Positions 36,939 to 48,420 of a stretch of 64,000 nucleotides of DNA are shown here, piece by piece. A model generated the notes under the pieces. The model was not told the DNA's origin. It worked only from the letters and a program-made list of their open reading frames with translations, and did no database searches. Position numbers and translations under genes: made by a program. Within the stretch, counting starts at the first letter, position 1; each line of letters starts with the position of its first letter. This DNA is from Podarcis liolepis (taxonomy: Eukaryota), in the NCBI GenBank assembly GCA_965112155.1, contig OZ218101.1. One strand, 5' to 3'.

Positions 36939-37574
36939 GCATCCTTCAGCATTATATAACATTTTTAGTCATATTTGTGAACACACAAATATGGGGTGAA
37001 TTTGTACCACCTGAAAGCACTTTCTTTCCACGCCAGCATGCTATAGCAGAAGCTTTTATTTTATTTTTCAAGAGGAAGAAATCACAGGAACGGAAAAAAA
37101 TGTGCTTGCTGGCATTTTCCATCCACAAAGCAGTAAAAGCCATTTTCCTCTGAGATTTCAGACAGTTTAGTATCTCTGAACATTCTGAACCTAGCTGAGA
37201 GAGCAGAACCTCTGCACTGATAAGCTTTTGAATGAATCTTATCTTGAGGTTCAGAGCAAAACTGCTGGGCAATAAATGGTCAGGGCTTGTGGGACTTGAG
37301 AGCAGCCCCCTCCCCTCCAATAAAACCAGGAGCACTCTCCTGCAAGCTCTGTAAAAGGCTGGCCAGGTAAAGGTCAATTAGAGGGGAAGACAGGAGCTCT
37401 CAGAAAACTGGGTCATTTTAGAAGCCAGACTGTTTTGTGATGCAGGACTTTTTGAAGCAAGAAGCCTTTCTTTAAAAAGTGAATGTCTTCCCCAGATGAG
37501 GAGGGGGTGGGGAGAAGGAAGACTTACAGTACTGGTAGAACAAATGGAAGGCAAGTGAATTTTATTTTGAAGAA

Positions 37575-37880
37575 GGAAGATATTACTAGAAACATTAAGA
37601 CAAACAACAACAATGTCTTTAAATACAGAAGAAGGAAGAAACCAGCCAAGAAGATGGTTGGACCATTAGCCAACAAATGTGTGAAAACATTACTGAAGGC
37701 TGCAGAGTAACTGGATTTTTTTGCAGCAGTCTTCGTTATGAAAGATATTTCACAGATATTCCTGCCTGAACTGCTTTTCCTGGATCTAATTGACAAATTA
37801 AAAATTAACAAGTTGCTGCTGGGTCTTGATGACATCCACCCCGGGGTTGTTTAAGAACTCAGATGTGAAGCTGTTGATCT
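37575..37880 (+). mobile_element. Decayed CR1 ORF2 internal fragment
   Basis: Peptide ITRNIKTNNNNVFKYRRRKKPAKKMVGPL and gggtcttgatgacatccaccccggggt (GPDxIHPRV-like). Confidence 0.65.
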
Positions 37881-39030
37881 AAAGTTATCAGCTGTTGTTG
37901 TTTCTCACATCTGGGCACCCAAAGACTTTTGGCTTAGGAAATATCCCAATACAGCAGTTGGAAAGTCCATGTAAATATGCAGTACATCAGAAAAGTGACA
38001 ATATACAGTTCAGCAGCAAAATTCAAACGACCTGGGGTCATTGTCCTTCTGACTCAGGCAACATCTGAAAAGCAGTGGCCCCAGCTCTAAAACACAATCC
38101 ACCAAGATCCCACCAGAGATGGATGAGCATTATGTTACGTATAGTAATTTAAATCACTGAAATTGTAAATGCTTGTATTCACTACTATGTGTTTAAATTT
38201 GATTGGCTGGTAACTGAATTCTAGAGTGTTCTCTGGTAGTTCTCATGTGATTGGCTAATGTTGGTCACATGGGAGCTATCTAGCGAAGGAGAGACTCCGT
38301 TTTATACGAAGCAAGATGACTGTGTTTTAGAATCCACTGTGAACACTGCTAAGTTGAGTAGAGTGTTGGAGTGCTTCTTCTCTGCTCAAAAGAAAGAGAA
38401 CAAAGCTGTAGGAGAAGGTAAAAGTGGAGATCTCATAGGAGCTGCAAAGCACGGCCTGAGATACAGAAGGCTGAGTGCTGAGCTTTGGAAAGAGAGGGAA
38501 ATAGTTGTTTGGAAGTTAGAAGAAGAAACTGTAAGCCCATGCCTGGGTAAGCACTTGACTATAAATATTATGTTATAATTCATCTATAGCTATTAGTTTC
38601 TGCAAGTAAAGTTTTTGAATGTTAAAGTCTGGACATTGGTTTAATTTCCAGAGAAGAGTGTCAGTCCTATATCTGATTTGAGCTTCTTAGCTGTGATTAT
38701 GCTATCCTTACTTCAACAGAATACACCCTTAATACAGTGTAATTTGAAACTGTATCTTACTCAGCTGTGTTGTACAATGTGTTTCCTCTTGGTGCAAGGT
38801 GATGTTGATGAACATTTAGGAAGAGGTGTAAAATAGGTAAAATTATGTTTACAATTTAACATTTTCTGTTTAGTAAAAGTTGTTCTGGCCTTTAATTCCA
38901 CCTTCATTTTATTTTGTGATGAAAGGGACAATTTATTGAGAACTTCTGTGCAACTGAAGTAAAGCATAGCAACAGTCACTTCATTTCAACAGGGCTTATA
39001 CAGAAAAGGCTTCTGATGGATTATGGCCTT

Positions 39031-39260
39031 AGAGTCAGTGTGGTGTAGTGGTTAAGAGCAGTGGACTCGTAATCTGGTGAACCGGGTTTGATTCCCCGCT
39101 CCTCCACATGAAGCTGCTAGGTGACCTTGGGCCAGTCAAACTTCTCTGAAGTCTCTCAGCCTCACTCACCTCACAGAGTGGTTGTTAGGGGGAAGGAGAT
39201 TGTTGGCCGCTTTGAGACTCCTTAGGGTAGTGATAAAGCGGGATATCAAATCCAAACTCT
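39031..39260 (+). mobile_element. Squam3-like tRNA/CORE SINE
   Basis: agagtcagtgtggtgtagtggttaag head and atatcaaatccaaactct tail. Matches 62294-62537. Confidence 0.85.
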
Positions 39261-39429
39261 TAGAGTTAAACTGCAGTTTTGGTTTTTTTAACTGCATCAA
39301 GTACATTAAGCAATGTTTCTAACTTACTGAAATGGGGACAAAATTAACATCTTTTAAAAAATTACTTAATTTACATTTTTGCAGACTCATCATTTCTCAC
39401 CGTATATCTGTGTTACTCCTTGTTTACAG

Positions 39430-39474
39430 GACAATGGAGGAGGAGATGACAGCTGCGTTGAAGAAATTTTACGG
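39430..39474 (+). CDS. AFF3: Internal coding exon (45 nt, phase 0/0) of an AF4/FMR2-family gene: DNGGGDDSCVEEILR
   Basis: Acceptor ctccttgtttacAG (39428-29) and donor GTagga (39475). The peptide ends in SCVEEILR, the AFF-family motif (recalled: AFF2 SCVEEILR, AFF3 SCVEEIIR, AFF4 SCVDEILK). It joins in frame to the exon at 58112. Confidence 0.88.
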
Positions 39475-39632
39475 GTAGGACTCTATCCTTCTATTATTTA
39501 TTAATGCTTGATCTGACTTGGTGCTTTCCAGGCATTCTATAACAAACACCAACAGTTTGAAATATAAAGACCAGAGAAAAGAGAAATCTATATGTTGCAT
39601 GGGCAATATGATTAGTGTCATGATGTGGTTAG

Positions 39633-39647
39633 TCACTAGATGGCACT
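39633..39647 (+). promoter_or_regulatory. CTCF-like motif ~160 bp downstream of the 45-nt exon
   Basis: tcactagatggcact is a close match to the CTCF core consensus. Confidence 0.5.
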
Positions 39648-40142
39648 GGATTTAGTTGTATCTGCATGGTATCTGTTGTCATTGGAGAGAGAATAATGTT
39701 CTCCTATAGCATCCTGGAGAGTCTTCCTTAACAATGATGTCACTGTAGGCTAGTCAAACGAAAACAAGGCCCTAACATTGTTGTTTCATTTTCCTTTAAA
39801 GGAATGTGGGGAATTTATGGTATGTTCATTAACCTGAGGAAATGATTTATGTCTGTTGCTGCTCTAACCTCCTTCCACCAAATATCTTAAATCCAATTGT
39901 TACTGACAGGAATTGAAGACACGCGAGGTTTCTATGAAAACCTTACACTTATAGGAGAATTATGGAAAGCTCACATTTTAATTATTATTTTCTTGTATAA
40001 GTTGCAAGCAAGATGCTTTCATTTCTCTCCAGTGCGTTATAATTGTTTGGCATTTATTGAATTCATATTGTTGTGGTACTCCCTTGCTTCCCCATCCCTC
40101 TTAGGTAATGAAGCAAAATATTAATAAATGGGAAAGTGAATA

Positions 40143-40478
40143 CAGTGGTACCTTGGTTCCTAAACTTATTCCGTTCTGGAAGTCTGTTCCAAAACCAAAG
40201 CGTTCTAAAACCAAGACGTGCTTTCCCATAGAAAGTAATGCAAAATGGATTAATCCATTCCAGACTTTTAAAAACAACCCCTAAAACAGCAATTTAACAT
40301 GAATTTTACTACCTAACGAGACCATTGATCCATAAAATGAAAGCAATAATCAATATACTGTAGTATAAAATAAATAAGACAGCATTGTAGATGATAATTT
40401 ATTTATTTTTTAATTCCTTACGTGCACTGATGATAGTCATTGTTTGGAAGGGGGGCTTTTATCCATTTCTACAGTCAC

Positions 40479-40509
<31 letters not shown>

Positions 40510-40921
40510 GTAGCTGAACTGGGTTCCACATAGTCACAAAAACAAGTCACAAAAACAAATTCACAAGCCACAGTCACAAGTCATAAAATGAAGAACAAGT
40601 CCCATAAAATGAAGAACAAGTCACAGTCAAACACCCGAAAAAGCCACAAAACAAAAATGCAAAAAAATAGCAAAAACAAAAGCTCCAAATATCACCTCTG
40701 TGTTACATGGGTGCTTGGGATTCAACAGCCGACAGCTCAACAGGAAGCCTCTGATTAGCAGTTGGGGACTCAATTTACAAATGGAACACACTCAACAAGA
40801 AGCGGAACATGTTCAGCTTTCAAGTCAAAGCTCACAAACTGGAACACCTACTTCCGGGTTTGCAGTGTTCTATTTCCAAGTTGTTCATAAACTAAGCTGT
40901 TCTAAAACCAAGGTACCACTG
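40143..40921 (+). mobile_element. Tc1/mariner (Tigger-like) MITE
   Basis: TIR cagtggtaccttggtt at both ends, TA on the left and internal (AATC)n. Confidence 0.88.
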
Positions 40922-41983
40922 TGAGACGTTTGGGAGGAATAAGTAAGGGAAGAGCAAGTGAGGACACGAAAATACAAGCATAAAGTCAAAATGCAAATAA
41001 GTAAGAAAATAAGCGAATTAGAATGAAAGACTTAATCAAGTACAAGGCACCATCATTTTGGGGCCAAATACAAAGTTGTAGTGTAGGCCCCCTGCCACAC
41101 ACATTTGACAATCTTATGCCAGACATACAATTTCATTAGATTTGGGGAAAAGTTAATCTTAGTTCTGAAATTACATTGTGACATACACTGGAACTTTTCT
41201 ACCATAGCCCATCGCGCCTCACCCATCTTGCTGTCTTTCTTGGAGAATAGTCCTACAAATCTTGCATATTACTTTCTAAGTTTTTGGTTGGTAAAGGCAT
41301 TGGGTGCAGGGTTGGCCTGTGCATGAGGCAGATTGAGGCAGCTGCCTCAGGCAGCAGAATCCAAGGGGCACCTCTGCAGGGGGACACCACTGCCACCAAT
41401 GGAGGAGAGGTGGTTTCTAGGTTCTGGTGAGATCTCACTTACTGGGGTCCTGGGAATGTTGTGTGAGGCCTCCACACAATCCAGAACCCTGAAGCCACAG
41501 CTGTGTGACCCCAGTAAGTGATGCTTAGACAGGAGCAAAGCATGGGGAGCTACAAGGAAGGAGAGGTGGAATGGGAATTCTGCCATGTCCAGTGGCATGA
41601 CATTATCATGATCCTGTTCATGTTTTGATTTTTTAAAAAATTCTAATTAACATAGCATTACCGCAAACATTTTATAAATGGAACCATTTACGTTATTTTC
41701 CCTGACCTTTTCATTGCAAAATCATGAATTACATCTTCAAATTCAAGTTCATACTCACCAGACTGAGGTAGATTAGCTATTCTTGCCCTATAGCTGAACT
41801 GGAGGACTGATTGATGCCCTTTAGCATTATTTAGTTCTCTTTGTTTAACCTCCTTATGTTTCTTGTCAGATGCAGTCATATGAGAGGGGTGTGGGTGTGG
41901 GTGTGGGTGTGAACTAAGACAGTATGTAAAAAGTCAGGACCATATTTTTTAAAACCCAGCATATTTTACCAACATGTAATTAC

Positions 41984-42265
41984 TGTATTGGCCTGAATAT
42001 AAGCCTCGCCTTTCCCCCAAATTCCGACCATGAAAAGCTAAAGTGCAGCTTATATTGGTGACCTTACGGTGCGGGGCAAACAGCACCAGGGGCGCAGCAA
42101 AGCTGTGCCCGCCCCACGCATAGTCCCCTGCCCTCTCCCCCAAGGCTGGGAACACAGTGGCCCCCCACCCCCAGTATGCAGCCATGAGCAGCGAGGGATG
42201 GAGTGGCTTATATTCGGGTATTTTTCCTTTTTTCTTCCCCTCCCCCTCCAATTTTAAAGGTGCGG
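41984..42265. mobile_element. pogo/Tc2-like MITE remnant
   Basis: ctgtattggcctgaatataagcc left end and an internal inverted ggcttatattcgggt. Right TIR is missing. Confidence 0.55.
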
Positions 42266-45200
42266 AATATAGAAATAAAAAATAATATAGAAATAAAAAA
42301 TAACAATAAGATAAAATCTCTTCTGAGCAGTATGGTGAAATATAATGCTGAAAGACATATGAATAAAGCCAGCAAATACAAATAAACAGAACTTTCAGCT
42401 TCTAAACAATAAGATTAAGCAGCTTCTAGAAGCAATGGTAGAATACAATGTCTACTGAAAGACAGGAGAATCTGGTAAGTTGAGCAGTTTCTGACATCCA
42501 AATGACCTGTTTACAATATTAAGTCCCAATGTGGAAGCTCCTTTGGACACACATTCCATTTACACCTGCAATTCCTGGTCTAGCAAGTGATATACACAAA
42601 GAATTTGGTTTCCACATGTGGATCTCCTTAGTTACATTAGGTTGCGTGTCTGGGAAAGCCTTGCAGCCAAATACAGCAATCCTACTTCATTATATTTTTG
42701 AATCAAAAATTAAAAGTGAGACAAGGTCAGACATCTGAGAGCAGATGTTGAGTTAGTCAAAAGAATTTACAAATATATTTCCTGAAACAGGAAGCAAGAG
42801 TGCAGTGTGGGCTAAACAAGATAGACTTCTAAAAATAGTTCTGAAATAATATAGCTAGAAGTTGCAAGAAAACATGATCTTTTCCATTTTTCTTCCTCTT
42901 TACAATATGGAAGATCTGTCAGGTCAGGATTCTTTCCATGTAGCTTGGTAAAAACTTGTTCTGCTTGAAAAGCACAAATATGTTATTCTGCCCCTCTCAG
43001 TTTGTTCTTCTTCATTCCCTTAAAATTCCATTAAAGAAGTCTATTAAAATCAAAAAATGTGCTCCTTGGAGACTTCATTTTTATTCTAGAAAATTGGAAT
43101 CCTACTGAAGTATAAATAAAGCCTGTGAGTGAATTCTGAGCATATTTTAAACTACCTAAGAGAAGATTAAGATGGCTGAAGTTCATTGACTCAGATTGTC
43201 AACAGTATGCTGCTAGCTGAAATGATTAATCGCTTTGATAGAAAACAGAAGTAAATTTATCAAAAGGGAAGAAAAATAAGCAGGAGGGACAGTGCTGACT
43301 ATAGGGGCAAGTTGATTGGTTGTTTAATAATGCATAACAAAGTGTATGTCAGATTATAAGGAAATCACATGTAGCTGAAAGAAAATGAAATAGCATCATG
43401 GTAAGAAATATTTGTCTTATTTAAGCTAACCAGTGAAAGCTTTAAATCTGTTGAAATCAATGAAATTTCCTGACAAGTAAGGCCTTTTTTTAAAAAAGTC
43501 ACATGGGGCATAAAATGTCCCAAGAAGAAATCTATCTATCTGATCAGTAGGGGGCTTCTTTTCCTAGTATTGCAGTAAAATGCGGCCCCATGATAGTTGT
43601 TTTTAAATGAGACTTGCTTCCCTGGAGTTTTTAAGTGCTACACTTCTGACATCACACTCATGGGTTTGTTCTGGGACAGTTAACTATCACAACATGCAGT
43701 GGAATTTGGCTAGGGTAGTAAAATGTCCTACCACCACCACCAATGTTGGTTCAAGGTTTCCTTGTGTTGGATGAGAACTGAAGTGCCAGGAAGTTGAATA
43801 TTGAAAATGCTGTCCATCAGTGTTAATTACCTAGATCAACTTCCCTGAGCTGGTTTTGAACAGCATATCCCTATATCCCAGGACAATCTTCTTTCAAAAC
43901 TGAGTGATATGGTAGAGGGAACATTAGAGGGAATGTTTGTGATATGGTAGAGGGAAAAGGTCAAAAGACTCACAGGGCAAGGCTTTTTTCCAGCCCAAAC
44001 TCAGTTCCGGCACTTCTCAGGTGGGCGCCATTGCCATTATAAGAGAACAAGGGATGCGTTGATGCTGAGTTCTGCCGCCTCTTTTCCCAGAAAAATAGCA
44101 CTGCTCACTGGAAATACCAAAAGCAGGGTCTGAATCCCAACCAGGTATTTTGTTATGGAAGTTCCATAAGCAAAAATAGCAGTGGAATTCGGTAACTTTC
44201 TGCTGCAGTTCTAATGTTTTGTTGTTATGCCGTAAGGGCTGTTTTAAAATGTTAATTTATTGCTTTCTTAGTTAGCCACTTCCTTAAAATCAAAAGCTGA
44301 GTGCAAATGTTTGAAATATATAAACACATTACAAAGTATAGTACACACATGCTCTGTGGAATTATCCACTTTGTTCTATATTACAAGCCTTAGGTAGCGG
44401 TGTTTATGTACTACAGTTCTTTTTGACTTGAAAATGTGTATATTTTGGGAGGGGGGAACTCATAGAAATCAGCACTTACTGTGTGTCAATTGGTCCTTTA
44501 ATATTTTCTTAAATGATGTTTGACTTGCACTGTAATTTCCTAAGAAGATGGTATGTCTTGATGGAGTATTGAGCACTTAAGAAAACCTAGACCTTTTGTA
44601 TCTGCCACTTATTTCCTGATTATCTTTCTGGAGGTCAGGCCCTTCATTTTGACACTTAATGAATAAAATGTCTACGTTGCAGGAAATGGGATAATGAATT
44701 GTGAAAAGACATAATCAGCAATGACTAAATAATTAAGGGAATTGAAATGTAGAGTCATCAGGGAATGCATTAATAATAACATGATTTTTCCATATGCTAA
44801 AAATGCTGCCTTAAAAAAAAAAAATCAGTCATCACACATGCTCTGTGGCAAGAAGAAAGAAATTTAATAGGAACTGTAATTAGATGTTCTGTTTTTAACT
44901 GACTGAATAAAAGATGAAATCATATAGAAAGTATATTTAGATACAAGCCAGAAAGTAAACTGATTATTATTCATAGTCCTGCTAATAGGAGCTCTAATTT
45001 ATGCATCTAGTGGGAATCATGTTAAGCAATTAGGAAGCTGTGTCACACTTCACTTGCCTTTATGCATTTACATATTTATATATTTTTCAATAACATGGTA
45101 ACATTTCCCATCGTTTAGTCTGCAATCCTATAACCACTTACCTGGCAGCAAGCCCCATTGAACTCAATGGAACTTACGTCTGAGAATGGGCTGTTAGTTG

Positions 45201-48170
45201 CCTTTATTGCAAGTACCTGCCTAGAATATTACTCTGACATTCTGTCTAATAAATATAGCTGCTGCAGTTCCAAAGCTGTCTGATGTTCATGGGAAATAGC
45301 ATCAAACATGCTTCTGGTTTGTTCTGTTTTTTCAAAGCCAACCTACCGCATTCCACTACACTTATGGAATGGGCACTGCACTCAACACATGCTCAGCCTG
45401 GAACAGCAGGAGGGAAACACAACCAGAAAAGACACAAATGGTGGGCACACCCTCAGTGCCCCTGGCAACACTTGTCAAAACCCACCAGTCAAGGACTGCT
45501 GGCAAGCATGTCCACATGTCACCTTCATGTGGAGGGAGTCAGTGATCTTACAATGGGCAGAATGACTTAACATACACCCCAGCATTATGCAGCATGCAAA
45601 ACAATGCCACACTGATCCCTGCCTGCTAGCTCCAATAGCACAGCCAGCAATGATCCCACTACTGCCGGGCTGAAGCTATCCCTACGGGCAGGTCATACTC
45701 CTCACAGCCACCATTTTTAAGCACATAGAGCAAAGGGAAGAAAGGAGAGTCCATTCAACACATCACCCACATATCTCTCTGGGCAGAACCCCTGAAGAAG
45801 CCGCACATTAGCCTTCCTGGGACAACTGTTAAGGACTATTGACAAATAGCCAAAGGAAGGGACCAGAATGAGCAGTGAGAGCAGTCATAGACACAGATGG
45901 AGAGCAGCAACCTGCAGTGGCTCACCAAACAGGACATGAGGTTGGGGAGCAGCAGAAAGGAGTTCAAGCCTCTCCAGAAGAAAAAAGGGGGCAGGATTTT
46001 TTATGAGTAGTGTTCCCTCTTTGTTTAGCACGAATTTTCTCCCTGTTTCTGACCCTTTAAGCTTTAAATATGAACAATATGACGCCAAAGTGTCACAGCC
46101 CCATGCAGGGCATTCTTATAATTTGAGTTACAGTTTCCCAGTGTGGAGTTTATATACTGGTGTTTGTATGCTGAAAGTGGGTCCTGAATTCTATCATATG
46201 CTTATGCTCTGTCCTGGTGACGTGAGCAGAGTAGTCTCTAACCCATGATCAGCTTATATTTAATGTTTCCCCTTCCGCTGAAGACAATGGATGGGGAATT
46301 ATTTGTGCCATGTCTGAGGTGTTGTGCTAGCAACACAGACATGATCATGGATTGAAGGAGTGTAAGATACGGTTAAGGGCCAAGTCCAAGTATTGAAGAT
46401 CTCTCGGTATGGCATGTGTGTAACCTGCTTCTATTCCTGCAAAACAGAATAATTCCAGAAAGTTAAAAAGTTTACTTTAGGTCTTTCTCCTGCCTCGCAA
46501 GCCACAGAAATCAGGTTCATGATTTCTTGGCCCCCTCACTATCTCTTGGCTCCAGGCTTGACGTTTTGGCTGCAGAGCATCTTTTATAATTAGGCTGGCA
46601 AAAATTTCTATTACCTTTCTCTGCTCACTCCAAGGTCTAATTGACAGCTGTTCCAGTCCCGCTCCCAGATGGCCAAGCCAACACCTTGAAGTTGAGCTGC
46701 CTCTGATATAATTTACTTCCACCTGTCACGTTAGGGAGCTTTCAGGCTAAAACAGAATTTATTCCCAGGAGCAGCACTTCTGACTTCCTTATATTAGTTA
46801 CTCTGTAGACCCACTTATTTTCCTCCCTCTCTCTATTCATTCAACTGTTGTCCTATAACATGTTGACCATTATGTTAAGTTGTCTTTGCATATATATTTT
46901 TAACAACCGGATTTTGAGGGCAAATGTGAGAGAAAAATTATTGTTTCAAACTTTTACTTATCAAGTCTGGAGACCTGATACTCATTACAGAATTTATTTT
47001 AGAAATGCTGGTGCTTCATTTATGGCTGTCTCTGTTGTCTCTGCACAACCCTTGTCTAATCATTAAATAAAACCGGTGTATTACTATATTAGCAAAACAA
47101 CAACACAACCCACATGATTGTTTAATAGGGTATGTTGCAGAAAATGGAGTGTTAAATGGTCTCACTAGATTTTTATTTTGTAAGAGTGCATAAGGACGCT
47201 GCTTTGGTAGGGTGCTGCTTTCATATGTGGAAGAAATCACTTGTACTGTACATCATTTTTATATCTTGTTGCTAAGCAACATATCATGGTGCGAGTATTG
47301 CAAAGGTGTCTGCTTTCTCATTAAAAATGTTCATGTTGCTCTTTAATCTTGCTAAATTAGTACTGTTATTTGTATTATGTTGCCTCCTTTTGTGTCTATT
47401 GATTGAGGTTTCCAGCCAATGGATTTTGAAGAAACCTATCAGGGTTTTATTAAGTTGCATTTGCATTTGTAACTTAGACCATATGTGTCCATGATACTCC
47501 CTTGTTTCTCAGTTCATCAGCACTTGTTTTCAGACAGGGAATTGAACATTTGTGCTCACAGTCATAAAGGTAATTGGAATCATGGTCTAGGCTGTCATCT
47601 GGATCTCATTACATGTCATGGCAAGACTCCTACTGGCTTGGATCCAAAACAACAACAACAATAGCCATGCAAAACCCTGAGTGGAAATAATATAGCCACT
47701 AGCTCTGGTCTGCAAAGCACTAACAGAAGAGTTTAACCAATGTCACAGTGAGTCAAGAGTTACACAGCAGTGTGCAAAATATGGATGGCAAGCAAATATA
47801 GATGGGAAAAATGGAAACAGAGAAGTGTGGCTCAGCTGAAAAAATAAAGGGCTTGAAAAAGATCCTTGGGTGATCCTCTGTGGAGTGGGGGGGGGGGAGG
47901 AAATGGGGTCTAGAGTTTATATGGTTTATATGGACCTGTGCAGAGACATTTAAGAACAGCCTGGTTGCATCATGAACATTCCAATAGGGATGCCACTTAT
48001 ATGTGTTTTTGTTAATGCTCCTGTTTCCCAAGAGCTAACCAAGTCTTTGCGCAATATGGTTTTAGTATAAATCGGCACCTTGTGACATTTTGTGAGAGCT
48101 TGTGCAGTAAACTGTGTAATGCCTTGCGGTAGTATGTATCTTGAGACATTGTGCTAACAGGAGCTTCTTG

Positions 48171-48420
48171 TGGTTGGCACCTGGCTGTCTTGAGACACAA
48201 TGGAGTGTGCCGCTGGGGGTGAAGTCAAACCGCTGTGTTAGCAGCACCGACTGACCTCCCCAGGGTGCAAAAGCCTGGGCAGTGTGTATAGATGTCCTGG
48301 GCTGCCCAGACAACAAGATCCCACTCTTGGCCTCACTGATGTGGTCCAAAGGAAAGCAGAGCAATACATTTGGCACCAGCTTGGCTGCAGGAGTTGCTGG
48401 AAGGAGGTGTACAAGGTGAC
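48171..48420 (+). mobile_element. RTE-related 5'-UTR/SINE-like repeat
   Basis: Second copy of the 20050-20310 repeat. Confidence 0.5.

Noticed and set aside
39434-39474. Alternative reading MEEEMTAALKKFY with a good Kozak ATG
   Set aside because: The other frame gives the AFF-family SCVEEILR motif and joins in frame to the 58112 exon.
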